Assembly: GCA_964405335.1 (NCBI GenBank)
Contig: CAYONP010000031.1
Coordinates: 1-56,801 of the forward strand
Direction of reading: 5' to 3'
DNA: 56,801 nucleotides
DNA from: an uncultured Fimbriimonadaceae bacterium
Lineage (GTDB): Bacteria > Armatimonadota > UBA10988
Positions 35,609 through 46,354 of this stretch are shown one piece after another. A program made the position numbers and the translations under genes. Below the pieces are notes generated by a model. The model was not told the origin of the DNA. It made no database searches and worked only from the letters and a program-made list of their open reading frames with translations. The stretch's first letter is position 1. Each line of letters starts with the position of its first letter.

Positions 35609-37549
35609 TCAGCGCGGCTTGGGTTGGCTCGGCTCGGCCGGCGGCTCGTCGTCGAAGGTGACGTCGAACTCGTCGACTTCGCCGGCGGGCTCGGGCTCGG
35701 GCTCGGGTGCCGGCGGCGCGCCGTTGCCGCCGTTGAGCAGGCCGCGGAGCTTATCCAGCGCGTCGGCGCCGAGTTCCCTGAAGACCTCCGGCCCGCTCGA
35801 CAGCAGGCCTTCGACCAGGTTGCCGAAGCCCAGTCCGTGGCTGAACTGGGTCATCATCTTCGACATCGTGGTTGGGTCGCCGTAGACCTGGAACTGGCCG
35901 CGCGACATGAACGTGCCGAGCGAGTTGGCCAGCGCGATCTTGACCTCTTTCTCGGCCTCGATGCGCAGCTTCTGGGTCTCGAACTCGATCGCCGCGCGCT
36001 CGAAGGTCTGCTTGTTCTCGAGCGACTGCCGCTCGACCTCGACCCGCTTCTGCTCGACCTCGACCCGCTCGCGCTCGATGTTCACGTCGACCACCTTGCG
36101 AGCCTGGTCGGCTTCGGCCTGCATCCGGGTCGCCTTGGCCTCGGCCTCGGCCCGCTGCAGCCGCGCCGCCGCTTCGGCGGTGGCCGCCATCTGCTGCGCC
36201 TCGGCCGCCTTGACCTCGGCGAAGGCCTCGACCTCGGCGTCGGTCTGGCGCTTGATCTTGTCCTGCTCGATCACCTGCTTGGCCGCGATCAGGCGCTTCT
36301 CGGCCTCGCGGTTGGCCTCCTGGGTGACCTGGACCGTGAGCACTTCCTGCTGTGCCGTCTCGCGCGCCGCCTCGGCCTGCAGCTTGTCGCGCTCGGCCGC
36401 GGCGCGCTCGGTCTCCTTCTTGGCCACGTTGATCTGCTGCTCTCGGGCAGCCACCTCGACGGCCTGTTCCTGCGTGATGCGCGCCGTCTCCACGGCCTTC
36501 TTGCGGGTGATATCGGCCTGCTCGCGCTCCTGCTCCTTGGCGATCAGCTCCTGCTGGCGAGCGATGTCGGAGGCCTGCACCGCCAGCTCCTGCGCGATGC
36601 GGCGCTGCTCGACCTGCTGGTTCTGCGCGATCTCGGCCTCGCGCACGAGCCGCTCCTGCTCGATCGCGAACTCCCGCTGCTCGCGCTCCTTGGCCTTGCG
36701 GACGTTGGCCACGTCGGCCGCCTGCGCCGCCTCGGCCTCGGCTTTCGTCCGCTCGAGGGTCAGGATCTCCTGCCGCGTCTCGACGTCCTTCTGGGTCGTC
36801 GCCCGCTCGGCGTCGCGGGTCAGGCGGTTGCGCTCGACCAGCGCCGCCTGCGTGATCTCGGTGATCTTCTTCTTCCCCTGCGCGTCGAAGATGTTGTCGT
36901 CGCTGAGCGTCTTCGGGTCGGTCTGGTCGAGCCGCGAGATGGTCACCGACTCGAGCGTCAGACCGTTGTGCTTGAGGTCCTCGCGCACGCTCTCGAAGAC
37001 CGCCTTGGCGAAGTCCTCGCGCCGGCCGTGGATTTCGACCAGGTCCATCGTCGCCGCCACGCTGCGCAGTGCCGAGACCAGCTTCTCGAAGACCAGCTTG
37101 GCCACCTCGGCGGGGTGCGTCCCCTTCTCGCCCAGCGAGCGCGCCGCGGCGATGATATCCTCGCGGTTGGCATCGACCTTGATGTAGAACTCACCGCGCA
37201 CGTCGACGCGCAGGTTATCGCGCGTGATCAGCGCGTCCTCGCCGATTCGCTCGACGTCCAGCTTCATCGTCTCCAGGGCGATCGGGATGACGTTGTGAAT
37301 CAGCGGGATGACGATCGACCCGCCGTCGAGCACCGGCTTGGCGCCGCCGCTGCCGGTGCGCACAAAGGCGAGGTTGGCGCTGGTCTTGCGGTACAGCCGC
37401 AGGAACAGCACGAACCCGCCGGTGAGACCGAGGATCACCCCCGCCACGCTGACGAACGCCTTCGAGATCGGCTCGAGCTCGACCAGCCCGAGCCAGGGCA
37501 CGAAGATGGTCACCAGACCAATCAGCATCAGGACCAGACCGGCAATCAT
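35609..37549 (-). CDS. Flotillin-family (SPFH / band 7) protein.
   Basis: It has an N-terminal transmembrane segment, an SPFH domain, and then a long Ala/Glu/Gln/Arg-rich coiled-coil flotillin region. Total length is 646 aa. Confidence 0.9.
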   Translation of the reverse strand: MIAGLVLMLIGLVTIFVPWLGLVELEPISKAFVSVAGVILGLTGGFVLFLRLYRKTSANLAFVRTGSGGAKPVLDGGSIVIPLIHNVIPIALETMKLDVERIGEDALITRDNLRVDVRGEFYIKVDANREDIIAAARSLGEKGTHPAEVAKLVFEKLVSALRSVAATMDLVEIHGRREDFAKAVFESVREDLKHNGLTLESVTISRLDQTDPKTLSDDNIFDAQGKKKITEITQAALVERNRLTRDAERATTQKDVETRQEILTLERTKAEAEAAQAADVANVRKAKEREQREFAIEQERLVREAEIAQNQQVEQRRIAQELAVQASDIARQQELIAKEQEREQADITRKKAVETARITQEQAVEVAAREQQINVAKKETERAAAERDKLQAEAARETAQQEVLTVQVTQEANREAEKRLIAAKQVIEQDKIKRQTDAEVEAFAEVKAAEAQQMAATAEAAARLQRAEAEAKATRMQAEADQARKVVDVNIERERVEVEQKRVEVERQSLENKQTFERAAIEFETQKLRIEAEKEVKIALANSLGTFMSRGQFQVYGDPTTMSKMMTQFSHGLGFGNLVEGLLSSGPEVFRELGADALDKLRGLLNGGNGAPPAPEPEPEPAGEVDEFDVTFDDEPPAEPSQPKPR

Positions 37550-37576
37550 CGTTCCACTCCTTGGGCCCGTGGGCCC

Positions 37577-38368
37577 TCAGCGCGTGACCACGGACTCCTC
37601 GTCCACGGACTCGCGCTCGGTCAGGCGGACGTCGTCGTCCGCCGGCAGCGGCTCGACCAGGTAGTAGTCGCCCGCCTCCACATACTCAGTCAGCACCACC
37701 GGCGTGCCCCGCGGGATGGAGACGTCGTCCGAGCGGCACGAGACCTGGTGCAGCGTGCCGTAGCGATCGCGCAGGTGGACCTGCCCGCCGCTCCGGTCGA
37801 TGCTGAACACCACCTCGCCGGTCAAGCCGGCCAGGCCGCGGCGGCTGAGCGCCGAGGAGCTCTCCTTCGGTACCAGGAAACCGAGCAACCGCGCCGTGGC
37901 GCGGGTGATCACCGTGCTGGCGGTCACCGAGAGCACCAGGCCCAGGGCGAAGACCAGGCCGACCGAGCCGAGCCACTGGCCCAGCAGCGCGTTGAAGAAC
38001 CAGCCACAGACGGCGAAGATCAGCAGCCAGGCCTCGAGCAGCAGCGTCACCGAGGTGTGCTTGGCCCCGAGGAACTCGAGCACGGCCATGACCATGCCGC
38101 CGACGTCGCCGTGCGCGTCGTCGGCGCCCTGGACCTCGTGGTCACCGTCCACGTCGTGGTCGGCGTCGACGTCGTGGTCGACATCGACGTCGTGATCGAC
38201 GTCGACGTCGTGATCGACGTCCACGTCGTGGTCGACGTCGGCGTCGTGGTCGGCGTCGTGGTCACCGCCGGCGAGGCCGAACACGTTGGTGACGACCATG
38301 TAGACGGCCGCCACGCCGAAGGCGACCGTGTAGATCGCGTTCTGCCAGGCCAGCAAGCCGTCGCCCAT
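37577..38368 (-). CDS. NfeD-like / YqiJ-like membrane protein (flotillin partner) with a His/Asp-rich (DHDV)n insert.
   Basis: Transmembrane helices are followed by a C-terminal OB-fold-like segment (GEVVFSIDRSGGQVHLRDRYGTLHQVSC...VVLTEY). It lies immediately downstream of the flotillin gene. The ATG at 38368 is preceded by GGAG. The repeat DHDADHDADVDHDVDVDHDVDVDHDVDVDHDVDADHDVDGDHE follows the first transmembrane helix. Confidence 0.7.
   Translation of the reverse strand: MGDGLLAWQNAIYTVAFGVAAVYMVVTNVFGLAGGDHDADHDADVDHDVDVDHDVDVDHDVDVDHDVDADHDVDGDHEVQGADDAHGDVGGMVMAVLEFLGAKHTSVTLLLEAWLLIFAVCGWFFNALLGQWLGSVGLVFALGLVLSVTASTVITRATARLLGFLVPKESSSALSRRGLAGLTGEVVFSIDRSGGQVHLRDRYGTLHQVSCRSDDVSIPRGTPVVLTEYVEAGDYYLVEPLPADDDVRLTERESVDEESVVTR
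38128..38265 (-). repeat. Coding microsatellite-like 12-bp tandem repeat (gtcgacgtcgtg)n that encodes the (DHDV)n tract.
   Basis: The period is visible in the DNA at 38150-38260. Confidence 0.7.
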
Positions 38369-38491
38369 GAGCTGCTCCACGCCTCGCGGCGCACGCTCGC
38401 GATGCATACCCGCGCCCGGCGAGGTTATTCGACGGCCTGAGTTCTCCAGACCCGGCGCCTGTCCTGTGTCAGAGTTGGGGGAGAGAGGGCG

Positions 38492-39157
38492 ATGAAGATC
38501 TTTCTCGATACCGCCGTGCTGGACGAGATCCGCGAGGTCGCCGAGTGGGGCATCCTCGACGGCGTGACGACCAACCCGACGCTGGCGGCCAAGGCTGGCC
38601 GCGACTTCGAGGACAACCTCCGCGCCATCGCCGAGATCGTCGGTGATCGCGGCACGGTCAGTGCCGAGACCGTCTCGACCGACGCGGCGGGCATGATCCG
38701 CGAGGCGCGACTGGTCTGCGGCTGGGCGCCGAACATCGTCGCCAAGGTGCCCTTCTGCGCCGAGGGGCTGAAGGCCGTGCGCGCGCTGGCCGACGAGGGG
38801 ATTCGGTGCAACGTCACGCTGGTCTTCGGCGCCTTTCAGGGCCTGCTGGCGATGAAGGCCGGGGCATACTACGTCTCGCCCTTCGTCGGCCGGCTCGACG
38901 ACGGCGGGCAGGAGGGCATGGAGGTGGTCCGCCAGCTGGTCGAGCTCAAGGCCAACTGCGGCTTTGCCACCGAGGTGCTGGCGGCCAGCCTGCGCCACAG
39001 CCTGCACCTGGTCGAGGCGGCGCTGTCCGGCGCCGACATCGCGACGATGCCCTACGGCGTGCTGACCAAGGCGCTCGGCCACAGTCTCAACCGCGAGGGG
39101 CTGCAGGCGTTTCTCGACGACTGGGCGAGCATTCCCGAGTCGATGCGGCCGTTCTAG
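38492..39157 (+). CDS. tal: Transaldolase / fructose-6-phosphate aldolase (short TalC/FsaA type).
   Basis: MKIFLDTA...DGVTTNP...KVP.....NVTLVF is the characteristic short-transaldolase sequence. The protein is 221 aa and a GGGGGAGAGAGGG Shine-Dalgarno sequence precedes it. Confidence 0.9.
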   Translation: MKIFLDTAVLDEIREVAEWGILDGVTTNPTLAAKAGRDFEDNLRAIAEIVGDRGTVSAETVSTDAAGMIREARLVCGWAPNIVAKVPFCAEGLKAVRALADEGIRCNVTLVFGAFQGLLAMKAGAYYVSPFVGRLDDGGQEGMEVVRQLVELKANCGFATEVLAASLRHSLHLVEAALSGADIATMPYGVLTKALGHSLNREGLQAFLDDWASIPESMRPF

Positions 39158-39224
39158 GGGTCCGGCTCGGTTGACTCGAACCTCGGCCGGCCGCTATACT
39201 CGCCCTGCTCCGGGCGCAGGCTGC

Positions 39225-39976
39225 ATGGATGATTGTCGCGCCAGCCTCATGGTCGTGCTCTGTGCCGCCCTGCCGCTTGTCGCCGCGCCGCCCGACCAGC
39301 CGCTGAGCAGCCCACCGACGGTGCAGGTGTTGATGCTCTTCGACCCGCTGCTCGGCTATACCGGCGTGGTCTCGTACACCTCGGCCGTGTCGCGCGAGCA
39401 GGCGAAGGCCGAGCTGGAGGTGCTGGCCCATGAGCTGGGCTACCAGTCGGCGGCCGACCTGCGGCCGTTCGACCCCGACACCGGCCGGCACACCGAGCTG
39501 GGCTATGCGCGGACCGAGCGCGGGTCGGAGCTGACCTTCAAGACCAGCGAGAAGTTCCTCGACCGCGAGCACGGGACGCTGCGGCTCGAGCCGATCATCC
39601 GGGCCTATGGCCACTACCGCCGGATCAACCTGGAGTATCTCATCTCGGACCTCAACGGCCGCGCTTTTGCCTATCACGGTCCGGGCAACTACGAGAGCGA
39701 CGCGGTGCGGCTGCGGCACCAGGGCAAGACGGGCCATCATGCGTTTCAGGTCGAGCTGCTGAACCCCACGTTCGAGTCCCTCGACCTGCCGCCTTACGCG
39801 CCGCCGGAGGAGCCCCTGACCGCGGAGTCGAATAGCCGGCGCGGTCCGGCCGACTTGTCCGCGCGGCGGCGCATCGGCGCGGTGGTGTTGGGTGTCGGGT
39901 TGTCGTTGTTGGTCTACCTGCTGCTGTTCGGGCTGCTGACCCGGCGAGGCAGTGCGACGAAGCCGAGGAGGCGTCG

Positions 39977-39989
<13 letters not shown>
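39225..39989 (+). CDS. Hypothetical bitopic membrane protein with an N-terminal signal, a soluble domain and a C-terminal transmembrane anchor with a basic tail.
   Basis: The signal-like N-terminus is MDDCRASLMVVLCAALPLVAAPP. The C-terminus is VVLGVGLSLLVYLLLFGLLTRRGSATKPRRRRWHR. Its 3' end overlaps the first pilT start by 13 nt. The start is uncertain: TTG at 39171, ATG at 39225 or ATG at 39249. Confidence 0.45.
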
Positions 39990-41068
<1,079 letters not shown>

Positions 41069-41073
41069 AGGTC

Positions 41074-42288
41074 ATGGGCGAAACCCACTCCCGATTCATC
41101 CTCGATCCGTCCGGCGAGTTCGCCGGCGCCACGGCCACGGCCGCGGCCAAGATCGACTACCCGGTGACGCTGAGCGACCTGCTCACCGAGCTGGTCAGCA
41201 TCGACGGCTCCGACCTGCACCTGCGGGCCGGCGAGCCGCCGGTGTATCGGATCCACGGGCATCTCACCCGGCAGGACAAGTACCCGGTGTTGACCAGTGA
41301 GGTGATCCTCGGCATGGCCACCGGCATCATGGATGCTGACCAGCGGATCCGGTTCGAGGAGAACCTCGAGATCGACATGAGCCACGAGGTGGAGAACGTG
41401 GCCCGGTTCCGGGTCAATGTGTTCCACCAGCGGCGCAAAGTCGGCGCGGTGATGCGGCAGATTCCGGTCAACATCCAGGGCATCGACGAGATGGGCCTGC
41501 CCCAGGTGCTGAAAGAGATTTGCATGTTGCCACGCGGTCTGGTGCTGGTCACCGGGCCGACCGGCTCGGGCAAGTCGACCACCCTGGCGGCGATGATCAA
41601 GTTCGTCAACGAGCGCCGCATGCGGCACATCGTGACCATCGAGGACCCGATCGAGTTCGTTCATACCGACCTCAAGTGCACCGTCGAGCAGCGCGAGCTG
41701 GGCATGGACACGCACAGCTTTGCCCACGCGCTGCGCCACGTACTGCGCCAGAACCCGGACATCGTGCTGGTCGGCGAGATGCGCGATCTGGAGACCATTT
41801 CGCTGGCCATCACCGTGGCCGAGACGGGCCACTTGGTCTTCGCCACCCTGCACACCACCGACGCGGCGCAGACGGTCGACCGGATCATCGACGTCTTCCC
41901 ACCCGAGCAGCAGGAGCAGATCCGGATGCAGCTCTCGATCACGCTGCAGGCGGTGGTCAGCCAGACCTTGCTGCCCAAGGTCGGCGGCGGGCGCATCGCG
42001 GCGTTCGAGATTCTGCGCGTGGTGCCGGCGGTGCGGGCGCTGGTGCGCGAGGCGAAGTCGTTCCAGATCCCGTCGGTCATCCAGGCCGGCGTCGATATGG
42101 GCATGGTCTCGCTCGATCAGACGCTGCTCGAGCTGCTGCGCCAGGGCCAGATCAAGTTCGGCGACGCGCTGATGAAGTGCAGCAACATCGTCGACTTCGT
42201 CGGCCGCGCCGAGCGGCAGCAGATCGTCTCGGCGACCGAGCTGGCCGAGGCCCGGGAGCTGATCGGCGAGCCGGCAAAGAAGGAGTGA
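41074..42288 (+). CDS. pilT: PilT-family ATPase (paralog 2) with a roughly 40-aa N-terminal extension.
   Basis: It has GPTGSGKST, ATLHTTDAAQTVDRI and the C-terminal AVRALVREAKSFQI motif. Confidence 0.85.
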   Translation: MGETHSRFILDPSGEFAGATATAAAKIDYPVTLSDLLTELVSIDGSDLHLRAGEPPVYRIHGHLTRQDKYPVLTSEVILGMATGIMDADQRIRFEENLEIDMSHEVENVARFRVNVFHQRRKVGAVMRQIPVNIQGIDEMGLPQVLKEICMLPRGLVLVTGPTGSGKSTTLAAMIKFVNERRMRHIVTIEDPIEFVHTDLKCTVEQRELGMDTHSFAHALRHVLRQNPDIVLVGEMRDLETISLAITVAETGHLVFATLHTTDAAQTVDRIIDVFPPEQQEQIRMQLSITLQAVVSQTLLPKVGGGRIAAFEILRVVPAVRALVREAKSFQIPSVIQAGVDMGMVSLDQTLLELLRQGQIKFGDALMKCSNIVDFVGRAERQQIVSATELAEARELIGEPAKKE

Positions 42289-42292
42289 GCCG

Positions 42293-43429
42293 ATGGCCGC
42301 GCCCTACAAGGTGCATGACCTGCTGCGCTACATGGTCAGGGCCGACGCCTCCGACCTGATCCTCAAGGCCGGCCGCCCGCCGCTGCTGCGCGTGCTCGGC
42401 GACCTGGTGCCGCTGAGCGACGTGATGCACCAGCCGACGCCGAGCATCACCGCCGACCAGGTGCGCGAGATTGGCTACGGCATGCTCCGCCCGGACCAGA
42501 AGCGCCGGTTCGAGGAGGAGATGGAGCTCGACCTGGCCTACGAGCTCGAGGGGGTCAGCCGCTACCGGGTCAACTTCTTCCAGCAGCGCGGCTCGACCGG
42601 GGTGGCCATCCGCGCCATTCCGTTCGAGATCTGGACCGTCGAGCAGATCAACCTCCCCGAGGCGGTGGTCCGCTTCGCCGAGCGTCCCCGCGGGCTGGTA
42701 CTGGTTACCGGGCCGACCGGCTCGGGCAAATCGACCACCCTGGCGGCGTTGATCAACTACATCAACACCACCCGCGCCGAGCACATCATCACCGTCGAGG
42801 ACCCGATCGAGTTCGTCCACGAGGACGACCAGTCGTTGATCAATCAGCGCGAGTTGGGCGAGGACACGCACAGCTTCCCCAACGCGCTCAAGTCGGCCTT
42901 GCGCGAAGATCCCGACGTCATCCTGATCGGCGAGATGCGCGACCTCGAGACAATCGAGATGGCCATCACCTCGGCCGAAACGGGCCACCTGGTCTTCGGC
43001 ACGCTGCACACGACCGATGCGGTGCAGACGGTCGACCGGATCATCGACGTCTTTCCGGTCTACCAGCAGCAGCAGATCCGCCTGCAGATGGCCAGCAACC
43101 TGGTCGGCGTGGTGTCGCAGACGCTGCTCAAGCGCTCGGATGAGTCGTCGCGGGTGGCGGCCTATGAGGTCATGGCCTGCACCAACGCGGTGCGCAGCCT
43201 GATCCGCGAGGCGAAGACGCACCAGATCGAGTCGCTCATCTCGGTCGGCTCGCGGCACGGCATGCAGACCTTGAACCAGCACCTGGCCGAGCTGGTCGCC
43301 CACGAGGTCTGCAACCGGCTCGATGCGCTGGACAAGAGCCCTTATCCCGAAGAGCTGGCGCCGATGATCGACCAGGAGGCCGAGGAGAAGCGCAAGCGCG
43401 AGGAAGAGGCGCGGCGGCGGCGGCGGTGA
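42293..43429 (+). CDS. pilT: PilT-family ATPase (paralog 3) with a basic EEKRKREEEARRRRR C-terminal tail.
   Basis: It has GPTGSGKST, GTLHTTDAVQTVDRI and AVRSLIREAKTHQI, which is close to the canonical AIRNLIREGKTHQI. Confidence 0.85.
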   Translation: MAAPYKVHDLLRYMVRADASDLILKAGRPPLLRVLGDLVPLSDVMHQPTPSITADQVREIGYGMLRPDQKRRFEEEMELDLAYELEGVSRYRVNFFQQRGSTGVAIRAIPFEIWTVEQINLPEAVVRFAERPRGLVLVTGPTGSGKSTTLAALINYINTTRAEHIITVEDPIEFVHEDDQSLINQRELGEDTHSFPNALKSALREDPDVILIGEMRDLETIEMAITSAETGHLVFGTLHTTDAVQTVDRIIDVFPVYQQQQIRLQMASNLVGVVSQTLLKRSDESSRVAAYEVMACTNAVRSLIREAKTHQIESLISVGSRHGMQTLNQHLAELVAHEVCNRLDALDKSPYPEELAPMIDQEAEEKRKREEEARRRRR

Positions 43430-44601
43430 CGCAATCGCCACGCGTCTGGGCCGACGTCGAGCTCGACCGACTGCGCGGCAACCTGGCCGCACTGCGTGAC
43501 TGCCTACCTGCACGCACCGGCATTCTCGGGGTGATCAAAGCCGACGCCTACGGCCACGGCGCTGTCATGGTCGCCGAGACCCTGGCCGCCGAGGGCGTCG
43601 AGCAGTTCGGCGTGGCCGCCGTCGACGAGGCGATCGAACTGCGCGAGGCCGGCTTCCGGCAGCCGATCTGGCACCTTGGTGTGGCCACGCCGGACCAGAT
43701 GGAAGCCGTCGTCGTCGCCGGTCTGGTCCCCACGGTGACTTGCCTCGAGCAGGTCGAGGCGCTGGAGCGGGTGGCGCCGGCCGGCTACCCGGTGCAGCTC
43801 AAGCTCGACACCGGCATGGGCCGGCGGGGCGGCGCGGCGGCCGAGACCGAGGCGCTCTGGCGGCGCATCGCCGCCGGCCCGCTGACCGTCGAGGGCGTGG
43901 CCACGCACCTGGCCACCGCCGACACCGACGCCGCCTTCGCCACGGCGCAGATTGAGCGGTTCGTCCAGTTCCGCCTGCGGATGGAAGAGAGCGGCCTGCG
44001 GGCCTGCTGTTGGCACGCGGCCAACAGCGCGGGTATCCTCCGCTTCGGCGCCTGCGGTGGGAATCTGGTGCGGCCCGGCTATGCGCTCTATGCCCCGCTG
44101 TCGGCGCCGCTGGCCGGCGTCGAGCGCTGCCTGCCGGTGCTCAGCCTCGCCACACGACTGGTCCAGGTGCGGCGGCTGCCGGCCGGGCACGAGGTCGGCT
44201 ACGCGCACGGCTGCCGCCTGCCTGGTTCAACCACCGTCGGCCTGGCCGCCATCGGTTACGGCGACGGGTTGCCGTGGCAGCTCTCCAACGGCGCCGAGGC
44301 GGTGGTGCGCGGGCGGCGCGTGCCGTACCTCGGGCGGGTCAACATGGACCTGATTCAGCTCGACTTGAACAGCGTCCCGGAGGCCCGCGTTGGAGATTGC
44401 GTGACGATTATCGGGGTCGATGGCGATGCCGAGGTCACCGTGGCCGAGCTGGCCGGCTGGGCCGGCTGCAGTGAGTACGCGATCTGCACGCAGTTGTCGC
44501 GGCGGGTAGTCCGGCGCTACCTCGACCGCGGCCGGCCGGTGGCCGAGCGGGCGTTCGACGGCCGACTCGCGCGCCGCGCGCTGAAGGAGAGTGACGTATG
44601 A
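43426..44601 (+). CDS. alr: Alanine racemase.
   Basis: The PLP-lysine motif VIKADAYGHG is present with the TIM-barrel plus beta-domain layout. The protein is 391 aa. The GTG start overlaps the pilT3 stop. Confidence 0.85.
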   Translation: MTQSPRVWADVELDRLRGNLAALRDCLPARTGILGVIKADAYGHGAVMVAETLAAEGVEQFGVAAVDEAIELREAGFRQPIWHLGVATPDQMEAVVVAGLVPTVTCLEQVEALERVAPAGYPVQLKLDTGMGRRGGAAAETEALWRRIAAGPLTVEGVATHLATADTDAAFATAQIERFVQFRLRMEESGLRACCWHAANSAGILRFGACGGNLVRPGYALYAPLSAPLAGVERCLPVLSLATRLVQVRRLPAGHEVGYAHGCRLPGSTTVGLAAIGYGDGLPWQLSNGAEAVVRGRRVPYLGRVNMDLIQLDLNSVPEARVGDCVTIIGVDGDAEVTVAELAGWAGCSEYAICTQLSRRVVRRYLDRGRPVAERAFDGRLARRALKESDV

Positions 44602-46241
44602 ACCGGCTCGCCAGGCTCGTGCTCGTCGTCCTGCTGCTCGGGCTCGGCGGCTGCTCGAGCAGCAGCGGCGGCGATGGCGGCGGCGGGGGCAACGGCAACG
44701 GCAACGGCAACACGCTGCCCGACGACGAAGCCGAGCTCGATGGCACGCTGTTCGGGGTCAGCCGCGCGGCGGCCGAGGGCCAGTCGCCGCTGGCCGGCAT
44801 CGACGTGGTTGCCCGGCGGATGCCTGGTTCGGGCGCGGTGCTGGCCCGCGCGCAGACCACCGCGCGCGGCTCGTTCTTGTTCAGCCTGGCCACGGCCAAC
44901 ACGCTGCCGCGAGGTGCCTCGATCCTGCTCCGCGCCGAGAACGACACGCGCCGCGTGCTGGGTGTGGTCAACACCACCGGCGCGGCGAACAGCAAGTCGC
45001 TCAACGAGGTCACCCACCTCGCCGCGCTGGCGATGCTCGAGGCCGGTGAGAGCGTCTTCACCGCCGCCGAGCTGGCGTTGTTTGAGACCGCCGCGCGTGA
45101 AGCGCTCGAGGCGGCCCTGGTCGACGACCCGCAGGCCGATTTTACCGCGCTGGCCAACCAGGCCGCGGCGCAGCAGTTGGCCGAGCAGATCGCCATCGAC
45201 GTGGCCGCCGGAGCGGTCACTCCGAACGCCGCGCCGACGGTGGGCAATGCCATCCTGCTGCCGACCCAATTGCCGTTTACCGGTGGCACGGTCGACATCA
45301 GTTGCGAGGTGACCGACACCGACGGCGACGCGGTCGAGGTGTTCGCCCTGGTCTGGCTCGAGGCCACGCCGACGGTGGTGCCGTTGAGCCTCAGCGGCGG
45401 GCAGTTCACCGGCAGCATCGATCTGCCGGGCAACGACGGCGAGTCGGCGCGTTCGGTCCAGGTCGGCATCGTCGCCGACGACGGTCGCTCGGCGGCCACG
45501 CCGGCGGTGCTGCGCACCGTCGCCATCCTGCCAGAGGGCCGGATCACGCTCGACATCCTGGTCGAGACGCTGTTTGACGAGCCGGCAGACCGCGCGCGGC
45601 TGGTCACTTGGCCCGACGGCCGGCGGCCGCGGGTGCGCCGCGGGGTGGCCACGCGCTCGCGGCAGGTCAACCCGGACCAGACCATCCGCGGCGCGGCGGT
45701 GGTGGTCAACGACCGGCCCGAGATCAACGGCGTCACCGGCGACGACGGTCTGCTGCTGCTCAGCGTACCGATGAGCCTGCTCGACGACGGGCTGTTGACG
45801 GTGACCACCGCGCTCGATGGGCGCATCTCGTACCGCCAGGCACTGCTCGTGCCGGAGGGCGTCGCGCTGCTTGACGGCGATGTGATCGAGGTCGACCTGG
45901 TGCTCGGCAAGCAGGCCGACTGGAGCGAGCTGGCGGCGCTGCTGGCGTTGCAGCCGCCCGACTTTGCGAAGGTGCCGATCACGGGCTTCTTCAACGTGCT
46001 GAACAACATCGACGTCGGGCCGACGGTGGCCGGCACGACGCGATTCTCGCCGCTCGATGAGACCGACCGGCAGGACGACGGCGACTTCTTTGTGGTCAAC
46101 CTGCAGCCGGGCGAGGTGACCGCGTCGGGCAGCTTCGCCGACCCGAACAGCGACACGGCCTCGCCGGCGTTCGGGCCCGTCGGGCTCGAGATGACCGCTG
46201 GCGAGGTGCAGGCGGTGTCGGCGTTGATTCCGCCGAGCTGA
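44598..46241 (+). CDS. Hypothetical lipoprotein.
   Basis: A signal peptide with an LGGCSSS lipobox is followed by a Gly/Asn-rich linker and a large Ala/Thr/Val-rich domain. The start overlaps the alr stop as ATGA. Confidence 0.6.
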   Translation: MNRLARLVLVVLLLGLGGCSSSSGGDGGGGGNGNGNGNTLPDDEAELDGTLFGVSRAAAEGQSPLAGIDVVARRMPGSGAVLARAQTTARGSFLFSLATANTLPRGASILLRAENDTRRVLGVVNTTGAANSKSLNEVTHLAALAMLEAGESVFTAAELALFETAAREALEAALVDDPQADFTALANQAAAQQLAEQIAIDVAAGAVTPNAAPTVGNAILLPTQLPFTGGTVDISCEVTDTDGDAVEVFALVWLEATPTVVPLSLSGGQFTGSIDLPGNDGESARSVQVGIVADDGRSAATPAVLRTVAILPEGRITLDILVETLFDEPADRARLVTWPDGRRPRVRRGVATRSRQVNPDQTIRGAAVVVNDRPEINGVTGDDGLLLLSVPMSLLDDGLLTVTTALDGRISYRQALLVPEGVALLDGDVIEVDLVLGKQADWSELAALLALQPPDFAKVPITGFFNVLNNIDVGPTVAGTTRFSPLDETDRQDDGDFFVVNLQPGEVTASGSFADPNSDTASPAFGPVGLEMTAGEVQAVSALIPPS

Positions 46242-46258
46242 TCACTCCGCCGCGCGAG

Positions 46259-46333
46259 GTAGGGCCGCCTCGCCGAGGCGGCCGGCGGGGTACGCGGCTG
46301 GAATTCGGGCAGGTCGGCGCATTGCGATGCGCC
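46259..46333. repeat. Solo copy of the GTAGGGC-hairpin repeat (GTAGGGC-cgcctcg-c-cgaggcg-gcc) followed by a second hairpin, ggcgcat-tgcg-atgcgcc, at 46316-46333. Probably a bidirectional terminator between convergent genes.
   Basis: The palindromes were read directly between the lipoprotein stop (46241) and the BNR-gene stop (46355). Confidence 0.45.
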
Positions 46334-46354
46334 GCTACGGTGTGCCCCGCGGGC

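Noticed and set aside
37577-39082. A 501-aa extended ORF for the NfeD-like gene.
   Set aside because: Everything upstream of 38368 is antisense to the well-supported transaldolase gene and to the intergenic region. An internal ATG at 38368 with a GGAG Shine-Dalgarno sequence gives a sensible start just before the first transmembrane helix.
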